DNA of 63,980 nt, counting the filler, from Octopus bimaculoides (lineage: Eukaryota), in the NCBI RefSeq assembly GCF_001194135.2. It is 11 parts of 10 records of this genome, joined end to end, with 100 filler letters (N's around TTAATTAATTAA, not from the genome) between each part and the next. Parts side by side here need not be neighbours in the genome. Positions count along the whole stretch, not along the records: positions 37,024 to 39,029 come from NC_068984.1; positions 39,130 to 47,231 come from NC_068996.1; positions 47,332 to 55,475 come from NC_068982.1; 8 more parts are not named here. The stretch is one strand, 5' to 3'. The position numbers were made by a program, and so were the translations under genes. Below the pieces are notes generated by a model that worked only from the letters and a program-made list of their open reading frames with translations, did no database searches and was not told the origin of the DNA. Each line of letters opens with the position of its first letter. Position 1 is the stretch's first letter. This document shows, in pieces, positions 37,658-51,599 of this stretch.

Positions 37658-37682
37658 TAATAACAATAACAATAATAATAGT
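37574..37682. repeat. Compound (GAT)n(AAT)n microsatellite
   Basis: Directly visible. Confidence 0.95.
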
Positions 37683-38614
37683 AATGAAAATAACAATTCC
37701 TTTATGAGCCACAAGAGCACGAAGCGATAAAATATAATACAATGAACGTTAAACAGAGAGCATAAAGTACATGTGATTTTAGGACCGACAATTTATACAG
37801 ATAAGAGGGTGGGGAAAAAACCTCGTGCGGATTAAATGAGATTATAAATAAAAGTGATAATAATTAAAAAATATCANNNNNNNNNNNNNNNNNNNNNNNN
37901 NNNNNNNNNNNNNNNNNNNNNNNNNNNNNNNNNNNNNNNNNNNNNNNNNNNNNNNNNNNNNNNNNNNNNNNNNNNNNNNNNNNNNNNNNNNNNNNNNNNN
38001 NNNNNNNNNNNNNNNNNNNNNNNNNNNNNNNNNNNNNNNNNNNNNNNNNNNNNNNNNNNNNNNNNNNNNNNNNNNNNNNNNNNNNNNNNNNNNNNNNNNN
38101 NNNNNNNNNNNNNNNNNNNNNNNNNNNNNNNNNNNNNNNNNNNNNNNNNNNNNNNNNNNNNNNNNNNNNNNNNNNNNNNNNNNNNNNNNNNNNNNNNNNN
38201 NNNNNNNNNNNNNNNNNNNNNNNNNNNNNNNNNNNNNNNNNNNNNNNNNNNNNNNNNNNNNNNNNNNNNNNNNNNNNNNNNNNNNNNNNNNNNNNNNNNN
38301 NNNNNNNNNNNNNNNNNNNNNNNNNNNNNNNNNNNNNNNNNNNNNNAAGAAAAGCTCTACTTTGTAATTTGTCCATTTTCTGTATTTAGCCCTGTGTGGC
38401 TATAATAAAAAGATAAATATCTATCTACCTATCTATATGATAACAGAATCAGCGGTATCTTCGCAAATTATTTTTCATGTATTATTTTTTCTCCTGAATT
38501 ATTTGCTCCGTATTGGAATTATTTTCACACTGGTGGCTATCATGATTTCGGTGCAAAAGGAATCAATTGCAGCGCAGACTTCATCACGACGGGTTGGGAG
38601 TCTCTATCATGGTA

Positions 38615-38670
38615 ACGTGTGCTGAGGAAGCTGAGGCTATTTTTGCCAGTGCCGAAACCGGTCCACGTGT
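38615..38670 (+). ncRNA. Minimal type I hammerhead ribozyme motif (Penelope-type, palindromic stem III)
   Basis: ACGTGTG-CTGAGGA-AGCTGAGGCTATTTTTGCCAGTGCC-GAAA-CCGG-TC-CACGTGT. Stem I is 7 bp including 2 G.U pairs; stem III is the palindrome ACCGGT; the base of stem II is imperfect. Confidence 0.6.
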
Positions 38671-38984
38671 GTCCAAATACTTAAATGAACGTTGGGAGAT
38701 TGTCTTAGCCCGTTTGCCTTCGGACGGTTGATTTTTGTAGTTATAATCAGTATATTTTGGCGATTCAAATGAGTGTTTTGACTGTTATTTCCAGCAGGTA
38801 GACATACTTAGTATGACCTTTGATTAGTTTTAATCCTTCAGCTATTTAATTCCTTTTGTGATGGGTCTGCAATCGCATATATAATTGATTCTGTTATTAT
38901 CATTTTTAAATTGTTACAGTAGATGTAACAGAGTTAATAGTATCTTTGCAAATTATTTTTATATGAATTATTTGGTCCACATTT

Positions 38985-39029
<45 letters not shown>

Positions 39030-39129
39030 NNNNNNNNNNNNNNNNNNNNNNNNNNNNNNNNNNNNNNNNNNNNTTAATTAATTAANNNNNNNNNNNNNNN
39101 NNNNNNNNNNNNNNNNNNNNNNNNNNNNN

Positions 39130-40110
39130 ACCACACCTGTTCACCGTCGTCTATGAAGCGCATCATCAACCACGGCATACCCAGCCCTCCATTTAGCGGC
39201 TGTTGACTGCAAATGGATCGCCTAACCATCGGAACGCTTCCCTTCCACAAGAAGTGGAAGAGTATGCGTTCCAGTTTGGTGATGGTAGGGTCGGGACAAG
39301 GCACGACAGTCTGACGGTATTCGATGACGGATGCAATGTACTCGTTCGCCACCTCCGTCCGACCTTTTAGGGATAGCTTCCTCTCGGCCCATTGCCGGGT
39401 GAGAGTGACCACCCTAGTCGTTATTTCGCCCCAGTTCTTCTCCATTTGGAGATCTGGACCGAACCAGACTCCGAGCAATTTAACCGGCCCGTCGGTTCAG
39501 CGTCCCACAGCGGAGACGCTGTTAGACGGCATGGGCTTGCTTCTCCAGGTGCCGAGCCGCAAGCCCACTGACTTATCCCGGTTAATTTTTGCTCCTGTTA
39601 CCGTTTCGGATTCTTTTAGTCTCTCGGCGACCAGCTCGATGTGCTTTTGGCTCGACACTATGACGGTGACGTCGTCCGCGTATGCAGACACGCTTGTCCC
39701 ACATCCCAGCTCTCGTGGGATGCCCCTCAGCGTCGCCAGCTTCCGCAGTAGAGGCTCAAGAGTCAATACATACAGAAGGGCCGAGAGGGGGCATCCTCGA
39801 CGAACCGAACGCATGATGCCGAAAGGTCTGGATAGATGACCGTTTACGCGAACTACCGAGCGGATGTCGCTGTATAAGGCAGCGATCCAACCGCGGAAGA
39901 CGGGACCGAAACCAGCCGCTATGAGGACGGCTTCCAAGTAGTGATGGTCTACCCTATCGAAGGCTTTTGATTGATCCAAATTGATCAGCGCCCCACCCAT
40001 GCCAGGTTCCTTAACTACCCTGTCCATGATGTAGCGGATCAGATGGAGGTTGTCATGGATACTCCTACCCGGCACGGCGCACGTCTGCGCCCTGTCGACT
40101 AGTTTCTCGA
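39130..40110 (-). mobile_element. Tx1/L1-clade LINE reverse transcriptase fragment, relatively young
   Basis: PGRSIHDNL, LDQSKAFDRVDH, VRRGCPLS and SAYADDV motifs. ORFs 39497-40075 and 39074-39478 are in the same frame, separated by one TGA. Confidence 0.95.
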
Positions 40111-41687
40111 AAGGACGTATTAATATCTGCGATTAAAATGACTATCACAACGAAATAAAACATTTCTATTTGTTTATAAAAATCCTCACTTAACATCCTT
40201 TCAAAACATTTTAGAAAGCCCAGAACTAAATCTACATTTATTGATATAAATACGTGTCATCTACACAAAGTTTTCGATAATATTAGTTGAAATATATCAA
40301 ATGCGTCTTGTAATAAAACCTCCGGCGTTCTGTTCTAAAGTAAAATTAATTAGGTGAGAAAACTAGAATAAAACAAACACGAAAATAAATTTACATCGGA
40401 TAAACATTATCAGTAATTTCACTAACATATAGTATACACGGAAACACTACTCCAACACCACCATACCAAACTCAATTTTCAAAACATGCTAACATTAACA
40501 TATAATTCAGCTATACTATAATACAATTCATTAAAAGAGTCCTTCAATACATCAACAATGCTATTTAGTAGACCAACATTGCCATACCCTACACCAACAC
40601 TACTATACAAGAAAAACTGCCTCTGCCAGAAAACACACCATTGTTATTGTACACCACACCGATACCATCATACACCACACCAACACAACCAAATCAGAAA
40701 AAAAACACCACTACAACCACACAGCACACCAGCACTACACTACATCACTAGCATAACAACATTAATTACTCTGCGCTTTGGCGCTACAACAAATCGCAGT
40801 AATAGAACGAATATGATTGCAAATGATATTACCATGGCGGGTTGGATTAAATAAATAATCCACAAGAAACACATTGCAAATACAGTTATCAAGCTGTGTT
40901 ACACAAACATTCTACCTCATATTTTTGCAACATGCCTTAAATTAAACAAAAGAATATGATACCTGCTGTTTCTAAGATGATCATCAAAGTGTGTTACTCC
41001 ATTGACGCACTATAGCGTCCAATGGCAGCTGTGGAGTTATATTTTCTGTTTGTAATGTGGAAGCTGAAGAGACAAGTGCCGTTCTGAAATGGTAAAATTC
41101 GTGTGATGTACACCATGTTTTTGCACGTGCTTGTCTTCTGCAGCTTATCTCTTACATATTCCCAGTAGTCCCATTTTCTCTCGGGGATTGCTTTGCCAGT
41201 TCATTGTTTCATTGAGCGTTTGTTGTCGTTTGCTTGCAAAATTCTGCTTGCATTTTATCATATTTTCTACATCATATTTTACTTTCTGTAACTTATGTAG
41301 GCATTAGTAGTATTCGTTGTATCTAAACTCTTTCGTTCACTATCTCCACGGAATTCTTTATTTCTTCCAAAATTTCTAGAGTTAATGTGAATGTCATAAG
41401 AGGTCAAAATTTTAAACGTTTTATGGTACATGATTTAAAACTCTCTAACGATGAAGATTTACATTTCTGACTAACGTGTTAGAAATAGCAGCAAAATCAA
41501 CCTCAAATCAAGCTCTGTTGTCTTTTAAAAACATATAAAATTCACGTCGGCTAAAATGCGCCTAGAAATGCTAAATAAAAATGTCTAAATAAAACAGCAT
41601 GATCACATGTACAATATTTGGTCATAGGTTAGCCAGATTTACGTTGAACAGAATAGAGGTAAGGAAAAAGAAGAAGCAGAAGAAGAA

Positions 41688-42075
41688 GAAGAAGGAAAAG
41701 AAGAAGAAGAAGAAGAAGAAGAAGAAGAAGAAGAAGAAGAAGAAGAAGAAGAAGAAGAAGAAGAAGAAGAAGAAGAAGAAGANNNNNNNNNNNNNNNNNN
41801 NNNNNNNNNNNNNNNNNNNNNNNNNNNNNNNNNNNNNNNNNNNNNNNNNNNNNNNNNNNNNNNNNNNNNNNNNNNNNNNNNNNNNNNNNNNNNNNNNNNN
41901 NNNNNNNNNNNNNNNNNNNNNNNNNNNNNNNNNNNNNNNNNNNNNNNNNNNNNNNNNNNNNNNNNNNNNNNNNNNNNNNNNNNNNNNNNNNNNNGAAGAA
42001 GAAGAAGAAGAAGAAGAAGAAGAAGAAGAAGAAGAAGAAGAAGAAGAAGAAGAAGAAGAAGAAGAAGAAGAAGAT
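41688..42075. repeat. Long (GAA)n tract spanning a gap
   Basis: Directly visible on both sides of the N run. Confidence 0.95.
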
Positions 42076-43244
42076 TGATACTCAGTTAATGTGGTGTAGA
42101 CGAAGACTCGTTTCAAAGTGTGTTTCGTAATTCATTTGGATTATCATCATAGCCATCGCATACCTTTCCCAAGTGAATAATAATTTTTACTACATTGGAC
42201 GTAAGATGCTGCAACTTTCCAAGGTCATTTTGCATAAAGAACATGTTCTGAACTTGAAATGTAAAATCTTAAAGTTATTGGTGATAAGATTCATTCTTTC
42301 AATTTGCCGCAAAATAAGGAAAGCTACAAATTCTTCGTTGCCATCGTCTTTTCTCATTAGAAACAAGCTTTTAATTAGCTTGCTCGTTTGGAAGTTTTAT
42401 TTATGTTTTATATGATGTCTTTTATATCTTAATTATACAAAATACATGACTTTCATGTCATATAAATCATTCATATCCGATGTATACATGACTGCGTTAA
42501 TATGCATACCATGTATTATGCAATGGAATTATATATCCACAGTCAGCGTAAATAAATAAAGTTAGCTCAGCAGATGATCAGGACATCATGCTTACACCAA
42601 CAATTCAACTCTAGATATACACGTAAAATTTTCTCACTACATATACAATGTATGGAAGGCCAAATCTTCGTAAAATTAGTTTGGTTTGGTATCTTCATAT
42701 TAATTGAAGTACGAAACAGATATTCAGAGATTTGACTATTCTTAATGCAAACAAAGAACAAGAAGAGGCAAAAAAGTAGATAAAGTAAATATCAAAACAG
42801 AATATCTTTAAATATAATTTTTAAAGAAAACATAGAAATATGATATAGATGAATTTCTAGCCCAAGCAATTGAATACATAGCTACATAGGAAACAGACAG
42901 CGTTAGATTTAAAAGTTACACAAAGAAATAGCATTAATAATAATGAGCTTCAAAATAAAGCAAAAGGGTCAAAAGACCGCACAAAAAAGCATTTAGACCT
43001 TTAAGAATTTTAATCACATGTTTCAGTGACACCATAAAATATATTTCACCCAATACACTGTACCAAAAAACTACTCACATCTACATAAATAAACAAAAGT
43101 ACAGAAGCATATAAACTATAAACGTACTTATAAGTATAAAATTACACACCTACACCTACACATCACATATATACACACTTATATACATACACATTCTGAC
43201 ACCTACACATCTACACATGCATATAAATATAGACAAACAGATCG

Positions 43245-43290
<46 letters not shown>

Positions 43291-43354
43291 CAGAGTAATC
43301 ACATAAATGGGAAAAAGGTAGAAAGAATAATGCTCGAAGACCGGAGGTAGAATA

Positions 43355-43449
<95 letters not shown>

Positions 43450-43834
43450 CGTGTGAATTAGAGGTTAAGCAACCATCCAAGGGATAATAAATATCCAATG
43501 TACTGGAAGTATACCCATGTGTTTATAGCCAAGTACTTACTATTGCAAGGCAGTATCGAAATTGAATAGTAGGTATGAGTAGGTGTAGAAACAGACGTTT
43601 ACCCAGAATTTCTTATTTGCCTTATATATATGTATATATATAGTTAGATAGATAGATAAACAGATAGATAGATGAATAGATTATACATATAAATATATAA
43701 ATATACACGCACTTACAAATATAATATACATATATATATACATACATACATACATACACACACACCACACACATATATATACAAATATTTATATATGGTT
43801 GAAAATTATGGATAAAGAAAATATGAAGACAGGT

Positions 43835-43960
43835 GTATGAACAACAAGTAAGTGTACAAGTTTCATGCCCGGGAAAAATAAAACAGTATTTTACGTTTCG
43901 AGCCAACGCTCTTCAACAGAAAGGAATATGAAGAAATATGCAGAGAGTTAGGGTTAGCGG
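43835..43960 (-). mobile_element. Penelope-like terminal (pLTR) fragment with variant hammerhead-like motif
   Basis: Homologous to 1-120. Minus strand reads CTTT-CTGTTGA-A-GAGC-GTTG-GCTC-GAAA-CGTA-AAA. Confidence 0.6.
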
Positions 43961-43968
43961 TGCGGCAT

Positions 43969-44001
<33 letters not shown>

Positions 44002-44002
44002 T

Positions 44003-44050
<48 letters not shown>

Positions 44051-44091
44051 ATATACATATATACGCATACGCACATAATATCTCAATATAC

Positions 44092-44199
<108 letters not shown>

Positions 44200-45668
44200 G
44201 TATATTTATATATATACATGAGCTTTTACGCACACGCACACACACGCACACGCATATATATATATATATAAAACTCATTTACGAGCATATGTATGTAAAT
44301 ATATGCTAAAGACTGAACACTTCTATTATAATGTATCTACTAATGGAATTCTAAATGTAATTTAAATGAATGAAATATAATAATTATATAAGAAAATATC
44401 TGAGATTAGTTTCGAGAAGATGAATTATCATTGCGGTCATCAAAGAGTAACAACTTCAGTGATAAATAAAAAAATAATTAGGGCATAGAATATGGATATG
44501 ATAGACTGGAGTGCTAGATATTAATGGGTTATCAATTATTTTTATAAACATCAAAAGGGTGGAATACACTCTGATACATTATCTATTAAAAAGGCGAGAT
44601 GAAATTATGGTCACCCATGTTTAAGAAATTATTCAGTTGCATGAATCAATGAATCAATGTCCTAAAGTTTATCCATGTAGGTTTAATAATTTAGAGTAAG
44701 GTTAGGTGTAGGTAGCATATAGGAACGATTTGTTTCTTAGGTGCTGATAATGAATTCAGCACATTGATATTCGATTTAATGTTATTATGTCTCAGGTAAT
44801 GTTATTAACGCCTCAGGTAATGTTATTAACGCCTCAGGTACACAGAGCACACACACACACAACCACCACCACCACCACCTTTATATGGTATATATTACAT
44901 ACAATAGACATAATAGTTTTATATTTAGTGTTATTATCACTGAGAGAATTTAGTTAGAGGTTTACTTTTAGTCTAAACTATGTCTAGATGTAGATTTATG
45001 ATTATTCCAGTGAGGTTTGCTTCATTAGAAATGTTATATAGACCAAGATTAGTTTGATTATTGGTGGGTATAACGGGTCCTGGTCGAATGTCATTAACAG
45101 CCTTATGATAAAAACCATACGCATCAGTTTACAGATAGTTTGAATTAGATCTGGTATTGCAGTTATTTGGATGAGTATTAGAGAGGCCGCCAGTAGTTAG
45201 AGTGTTATTAGTTGTACGATTTAATTTACTACGGTTAAATCTTCAATATATTCGCTAATGTTATCAAGCATGGTAGAATAAGCCAGTATAAAAGTCTGGC
45301 TATTGAAAATTTTATGATACGGACTGTACTTAAGGATGTGTTTAGGTTTGGTTTATCTAAAACTTTACGAACTATAGTTGAGGGAACATTTACAATGAAC
45401 GGTTATTTTGAACGAAACATACGCTTACGGAATTTATATTGCATTCCAGATATTACTCCGATTAGATGCATTGGAATCTAAAGCAACTTGTTCGTTATGG
45501 TAAAAGGATTGAGAAACTTCAGTTTCCATCTAGCAAATCCTCTCAAGCGATTGGTGGGCTGGGGCCTATTGATTGAATATAGCTTTCTTTCTATCATACC
45601 TTATGAAAATACGTTAAATTTATACATATGTGTGTGGGTGCATGTATGTATGTATATATGTAAGTACG

Positions 45669-45702
<34 letters not shown>

Positions 45703-45859
45703 TTTCTTGTCAATAGAGAAAGAGCCGGACTCTAACATAGATTCAAGGCTCCTTCATTGGAACTTTTATCAACCTCATCTAGGTATTTGTGCATATGTGT
45801 GTGTGTGTGCAGTATTTGGTGTTAGTGTATGCGCAGATTTGTATGTTTGTTTTATGGAA

Positions 45860-46975
45860 GAGAGGAGATAATAAAGTACGGGTGATGCCAAAACGAAGGT
45901 GCATGTGCGTAGGTGTTTATGAAAGTGGGTGTGTGTTTACGGATAGGGTCTAGTGACTTCGACGTGTGGATATGTGCGTGTGTGCGTCTGTAATATGTGT
46001 TGTGTGGTGATGTGGTGATGTGGGGCGGTGTGGGTGTGGGGATGTGAGGGTGGGGTATAATTGTGGGGGTGAGTATGTGGAGGTGTAGTGAGAATGTGGG
46101 ATGGAGTGAGGATGTGGGGGTGTAGATATGGGGGTAGGGTAGAGTATGTGGGAAGTGGGGTGGGGGTAGGGGTATCAATGAAGGAAGAAGGTGGGTAGGA
46201 GCGAAGAGAGGAAGTAAGTGTTAGAGCAAGAGAGGATAGGAGAGGTAGTAGGAGTGAAGAGAGGAAGTAGGTGTCAGATGAAGAGAGGAGAGGAGAGGGG
46301 AGTTGGGCACAAGTGACGCAAATGAGCGAAGAAAGAAGATTAATTCCAGTTCTTGGCGAAGGCGAGAGACCGGATGGCCACTGTGCAAAGACAATCCGAA
46401 CACAGGCAAGTGTTGTAATGAATGATCGGTAGGGCGGATATAGCGCGGGGTGTCATTGCCGTGTCTAATGTCTTGGAATTGCTCTGCGAACTTGTCAGCC
46501 ATATGGCGTCCCGTTTGACCGATGTACAGAGAAGGGCAACAAGAGAAGAAGTTGCAGTAGATGACGTTGTTAAAGGAGATAGAGATATGATAGGGACGAC
46601 GATGGTGTTGTAGAGGTCGCGGCAAGTGCGGCAGTATGAACGGGAGTAGGGGAACGAGCCATGTCGGGAGGTGGGATTAGGAAAGAATCTGTGGACCAGG
46701 AGATCATCTAAGTTTTGGGCTCGTTTGAAGGAGAAAAGGGGTACGTTGGGGAAAGATGTGCGAAGTGGAGGGTCGGATTGTAGTCGCTCGAAGGCTCGGA
46801 GAAAAGTGAGTTAGAGGAGCAGGATGGAGGGGTGATAGATAAGAGGAAATGGGAGACGGGCAACGGCGGGGATGGAGAGTAGAGTTACGGTCCACGGAGT
46901 GTGCTCTGGCAAAAATTGTATGGATAGTGGTGAGGGGATATCCACGAGGGTTGAAGTGTCAAGCCATGAGTTGAC
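45860..46975 (-). mobile_element. Penelope-like element remnant with GIY-YIG endonuclease
   Basis: ORF 46221-46625 reads NVIYC..SCCPSLYIGQTGRHMADKFAEQ..DIR.GNDTP...ELIFFLRS, a PLE GIY-YIG domain with a VIY/YIG motif. The downstream CA-rich tail is shared with 1-480. Confidence 0.85.
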
Positions 46976-46992
46976 AGAATCGCATACATGTA

Positions 46993-47034
<42 letters not shown>

Positions 47035-47038
<4 letters not shown>

Positions 47039-47231
47039 CAAAAAGACTATTTCTGAAATCTCTCTAAGTGATCAACTCAATAATTGTACTAGCAAGTAAT
47101 GTCCGTAGCCACTTCAACATGGCTGTTCGTTCAAACAAACTTTACTGCGATTTTTAACCTCAAGAGGATATCTCCTCTAGGTTGTTAATGATGCACAGCA
47201 GCATCGATATATTTCGAGCAGGTGTGTGACC
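47035..47231 (+). mobile_element. Possible Penelope-like RT C-terminal remnant
   Basis: IKKTISEISLSDQL..CTS and LTSRGY..VVNDA resemble the PLE K.SIP.SQ.LR..RICS and F..RGYP motifs. Confidence 0.4.
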
Positions 47232-47861
47232 NNNNNNNNNNNNNNNNNNNNNNNNNNNNNNNNNNNNNNNNNNNNTTAATTAATTAANNNNNNNNNNNNN
47301 NNNNNNNNNNNNNNNNNNNNNNNNNNNNNNNGGAAGAAGTTTTTGACGTTTGTGGCTGTCCTCTAGAATTTTTTATCGACTATATGCTGGTTTCCTCATT
47401 CATACGTTTCACATTTATAGTCTTTTAGTCTTTTAGTCTTTTTGTTTGTTGGAGAATATTTTGTTTTTCATCAGATAGGGATTTGTCTATTCAGTCATAA
47501 TGGATCCTGGCATTTATACTCTGTTGTGAGGCACTCTATTGATCATTACAATGTGGAGTTATTAGTTTCTTCACTTATAGGGGGGTGCGTAATTTATTTC
47601 ATTTACAAACCAGAGACAGATTTTCCTAGGATCATGCATAATGCTATTTTACAGATGAGCTAATGTTTCATGGAATTCAGTGAGTGCATTCAACCGGGAA
47701 ATAGAATCTTTATCTTTTTCAGGTAATTTCCCTTTGCTACATTTTCTCAGTGTTGCACTGAGACCTTTAACAGAGATAGCTTTCCATATTTACTCTTTAA
47801 TATGTTCAATGTCTCTGATTTGTTGATGAATACAAGCGGTTCACAATTGCGTTCTTATTAC

Positions 47862-47863
47862 TG

Positions 47864-47928
<65 letters not shown>
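47862..47928. repeat. (TAC)n microsatellite
   Basis: Directly visible. Confidence 0.95.
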
Positions 47929-47930
<2 letters not shown>

Positions 47931-48099
47931 GTTTTCATATTTCATTGTGGCCTTTCAACGCACAACCGAGCGAAGTTATGATGCATGTCCTGGCGGAAAG
48001 TAATGTTTGTTATTTAATTATTTTTTTGGTTCCTTTCAGACAGCGCATTATTGTTATACCACTTTACAGATACTTTCTTTAATTCATAGATAACATCTC

Positions 48100-48800
48100 C
48101 TTCTCTTCTAGAAATATATTGTCATCTGTGTGGAATGTTGTATCGATTTAGGAGTATTCCTTTTCCTTATGTTCTTTCACAACAGTATCTGATATGTAAG
48201 CTTTGATCTTCTTGTCTAGGTATGTTGCCATATTCGAGACTATTATTGCTTTACTATTGTCGGAAACCTCTATTTCGTGTATCTCTGTACTATTTCTTTT
48301 CTGTTGGCATTTAATAGCGGCAACATATCTTGAAGTGTATGTAAGTAACCACTTTGTCATATCTGTGGATGTACTTTTCGGATTAAGACTGAGCCGCCTG
48401 TGTGGCTAATTCCTTCGTGTTTCTACATATCCTGTAGTTGCCTACTATATTCTGTTTCAGTAAATGAGTTGGTGTGCTTCTAGCGAGGAGTTTGTAGATC
48501 TGTGCCGCAAATAATGAAAAGCGAGTCTCTGTTTAGTGCTCTGCGCTTTCTAGTCAGTACTGGGCTTTAAATGTTTTGTCTATTAAGTTTCTGTTCAAAT
48601 TTTCCCGAAAAATATCGAGACTTCTCTTGCTATTTCTTTATCGTGGCAACCTGTAGATCAAATTTTTGAATAGTTGTTTTCTCTGTTTCACAATTTCTGT
48701 CCCAGTGTCGGCATTTTCGTCATAGTGATCTGTTTAGCATCGATTTTGTAATTGTTGTCTTTTCTGATGACAGAAAACTGATGCTTGTTTCTTTCATGCT
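48100..48800 (-). mobile_element. R4/Dong-type LINE remnant (Zn-knuckle / RLE region)
   Basis: Across frameshifts: LFAAQ..LLAR...LLKQN...YRICRN..., YIHRYDKVVTYIHFKIC and YLDKKIKA..SDTVVKE, matching AAQDQ.L.TR / RHD.V / PDIVV motifs. Confidence 0.6.
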
Positions 48801-51599
48801 TCGTAGATATTTGTATTAATTTTCACTGATACTGTACTAGATAGTCTTGATTTCCAACATAACGTGGAATTGCTATTAATTATTTTTAGAGTACTAGATA
48901 TTTTGGAAGTCTTACTGTGGATATTTTGTTATGAATTCTTTCTTAGTTATGTAAGATCTCTACTACCTTATATAATTATCATGACTCTTTTTTTTCCTTC
49001 TTATTGCTTTCTTTGTATATCGACGCATTAATGTCGAACTAAAGAATCGATTTTTCTGAACACAGAAAATAAATATAAAAGAAAATATTTTGCAACTTGA
49101 CCTTCTTCTTTCTTTTGCACCCTCCCTTAAGTCTTAATACTCATAAACTGATATTTGAAATTCTGTAAAATTATACATTTCTTTTATTTGAAGATGAAAT
49201 CTTACTATGTTACTAAAGTTTAATACTGTTTTCTTTTATTTTCTTATATATGACTTCTCTCCCTTGAGAGTGCAACACTTGGATTCCTGCTTAAATGACT
49301 TTTTTGATTTGTATACTTTAAGTGTTTACATTTCAGTTTAACTAGTTGCAGCATCGTTTCGAAAGATGATTCATATTGACGTCATTATTTGTGTGTATAT
49401 CATTATTTTTTTAATGAATTTTCTATTCGAAATATTTTCCTTATTTTCTTATTCTTCCCAATGTTGTTCCAATCACTTTTCTTCTATTCATACTTTTATG
49501 TTCTTCTCAGTAACATTTCCAGCTCCATAATTCATATTCATAACCTGAGTGCTATATTTCTGAAATTAAACTTGCGCTTGCTATTTCGACATTTTTACCC
49601 GCTTCAATATATGGCGCCAGGAGAACGTTGCAGTTTGCGTTGGTTATCGTTATATTATTATATTTGACTATTGATTCCGTGACTACTGCTTTCCATTTAT
49701 CGATTCAATTTCTTGAACACGAAACAATGTAAGTCTAAAAACTTTATGATATCAAGAAAACATTAAACGAAACAAAAAGAAACATTTATTCGACGATACC
49801 AATTTTCTTTTTAACAATTCTGAGTAGAAACACGAAGCGGATTGGAGAGATGAGAAGTAAACCAAGTGGTTTAAAATAAGTGAATTTTCTTTCGAAAACA
49901 ACGAATATTTAGAGATTGGGGTTTTAAACACGGAGACAAAACATTTAACAGAAACGAAACAGGAATAAAGAGAACAATGGCAATAAGAGAATTTAAGACA
50001 GGAGACTGGTATATAAAATGTAATCAGCTGCGATTCGAACCATGAATCTGAGAATATTAGTATAGTATCACGAGTTAATAACTTAGAGGGCAACTGCAAA
50101 GGAAACATTCAAGATTTTCCCGCGAAATGGACTCTAGAAACATCTGGATCGACAGTTATTTAATCGCAAGGATATTTACCCAAAGTAGAGGTATCCCAGA
50201 TTTACATGGTCGATGTTGCTTTTACTACGTATGGGTTTCTCTTATCTCTCCTATTTTGCTGACAAATTCAACCCAATCATCGACTCATTTCAGGATTTTG
50301 ACGTATAGGTAGTCTTTCGACTCGTTTATCTTTCTCGCTTCTTCATATGTCTTAACTAGTAGTTTCAGTCAAGAAATCTTAACTCCTTGCAATGATCCAC
50401 ATGCTCTACGGAACTCGCACAATACTGAAATAATGTTGCATATAAAATGCGTAGTAAAATATCGTATCAAATTCTAGTAGGTTTAGTATCAGCACACGAA
50501 ATCTAACAACCCGACTGACTTTGAGAACTACAATAGAAGAAAATAGAAGTAAAAACTGCACTGCAAAAGGTGAGAAATTATTCATAACATACTGGTAAAT
50601 GGTGGATCCCGTTTTTCTTTTGGGGGATGATTTTGTTGTAAATGTGGATGATGCTATACAATATATTATTCAGGCTTCGTGGCAATTTTTGTGCTTTACT
50701 TGTCTTGAAGCATTTGAAAATGGTCGAAACAACACAAACTATTAACTTTTGGTAATGTTTCCAAATGATATGAATATTTCCCAAAGGAAATTAGGCACCC
50801 TGATTTTATATCTCAGTCTGCGGCTTATACTCGTTATATCAGCGGCTTCACTAATTGCTTGCTTAATGCCTTTATCCATGGCCTTTTGAATTCTCTGCAC
50901 TCTAACGTTTCTAGCGTTTTGAAAGAAAATGGCAATTGACCAAGATTCGAATGAAAACTAATGTGTCATTTTCTTTAGGATTCTGTCTGGAATCTTTGTC
51001 TTATTTCACAAAGCATAAATTTGAAATATTTCTACAGGTTATGAACGGTGGTTTCAGCCCATTGAATATAAACCCTTAGAGGCTGGCAATTTGTATCTAA
51101 TTTGTTATGATGAGTTAACCCAATTACTGAGTATTAACAAGATTCGGCTCATCCTGCAGTAAATGCAATAATACAACCTTTCTCCCGCCAGATTAATACA
51201 TCACGTCATTGTATACATATATTAACACAGATAGTTTCAATATCTATCCATTATAATATCAGTGCTCTGAATGTCAATAAAGCCCACCCCAATCTGTACA
51301 CCAGCTGAGCTGCTTTATGGCACAACGTTAACATTTTCTCGAAGAGATGGCAGTTGGGGATTTCAACATATGTAACCATCGTCCAATTTTATACATCATT
51401 ATGTGCATGTCAAAGACGTGTTTATAAGTATCCCTCCGAACAAAGTAGACATACATGCATACATACATGAATAAGTAAATAACTACCAGATAAACTATTA
51501 AAAGTTGTTAATGAAAATGGAGAGGAGTATTTCTAGCAGTGTAATAAACCCTCATTCTGGTAGAATCTATCTATATGCCCGGTGTATATGGCTTATCTA

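Noticed and set aside
40500-41400. Possible decayed LINE 3' region on the minus strand (similar weak signals at 50540-50960, 56640-57000 and 62210-62400)
   Set aside because: Motifs are too eroded to assign by eye; a translated profile search is needed.
44790-44840. Short local tandem duplications (21-bp unit here; 27-bp at about 9335-9385; 11-bp at about 19776-19810; ~30-bp at about 18078 and 18170)
   Set aside because: Ordinary slippage products with no further structure.
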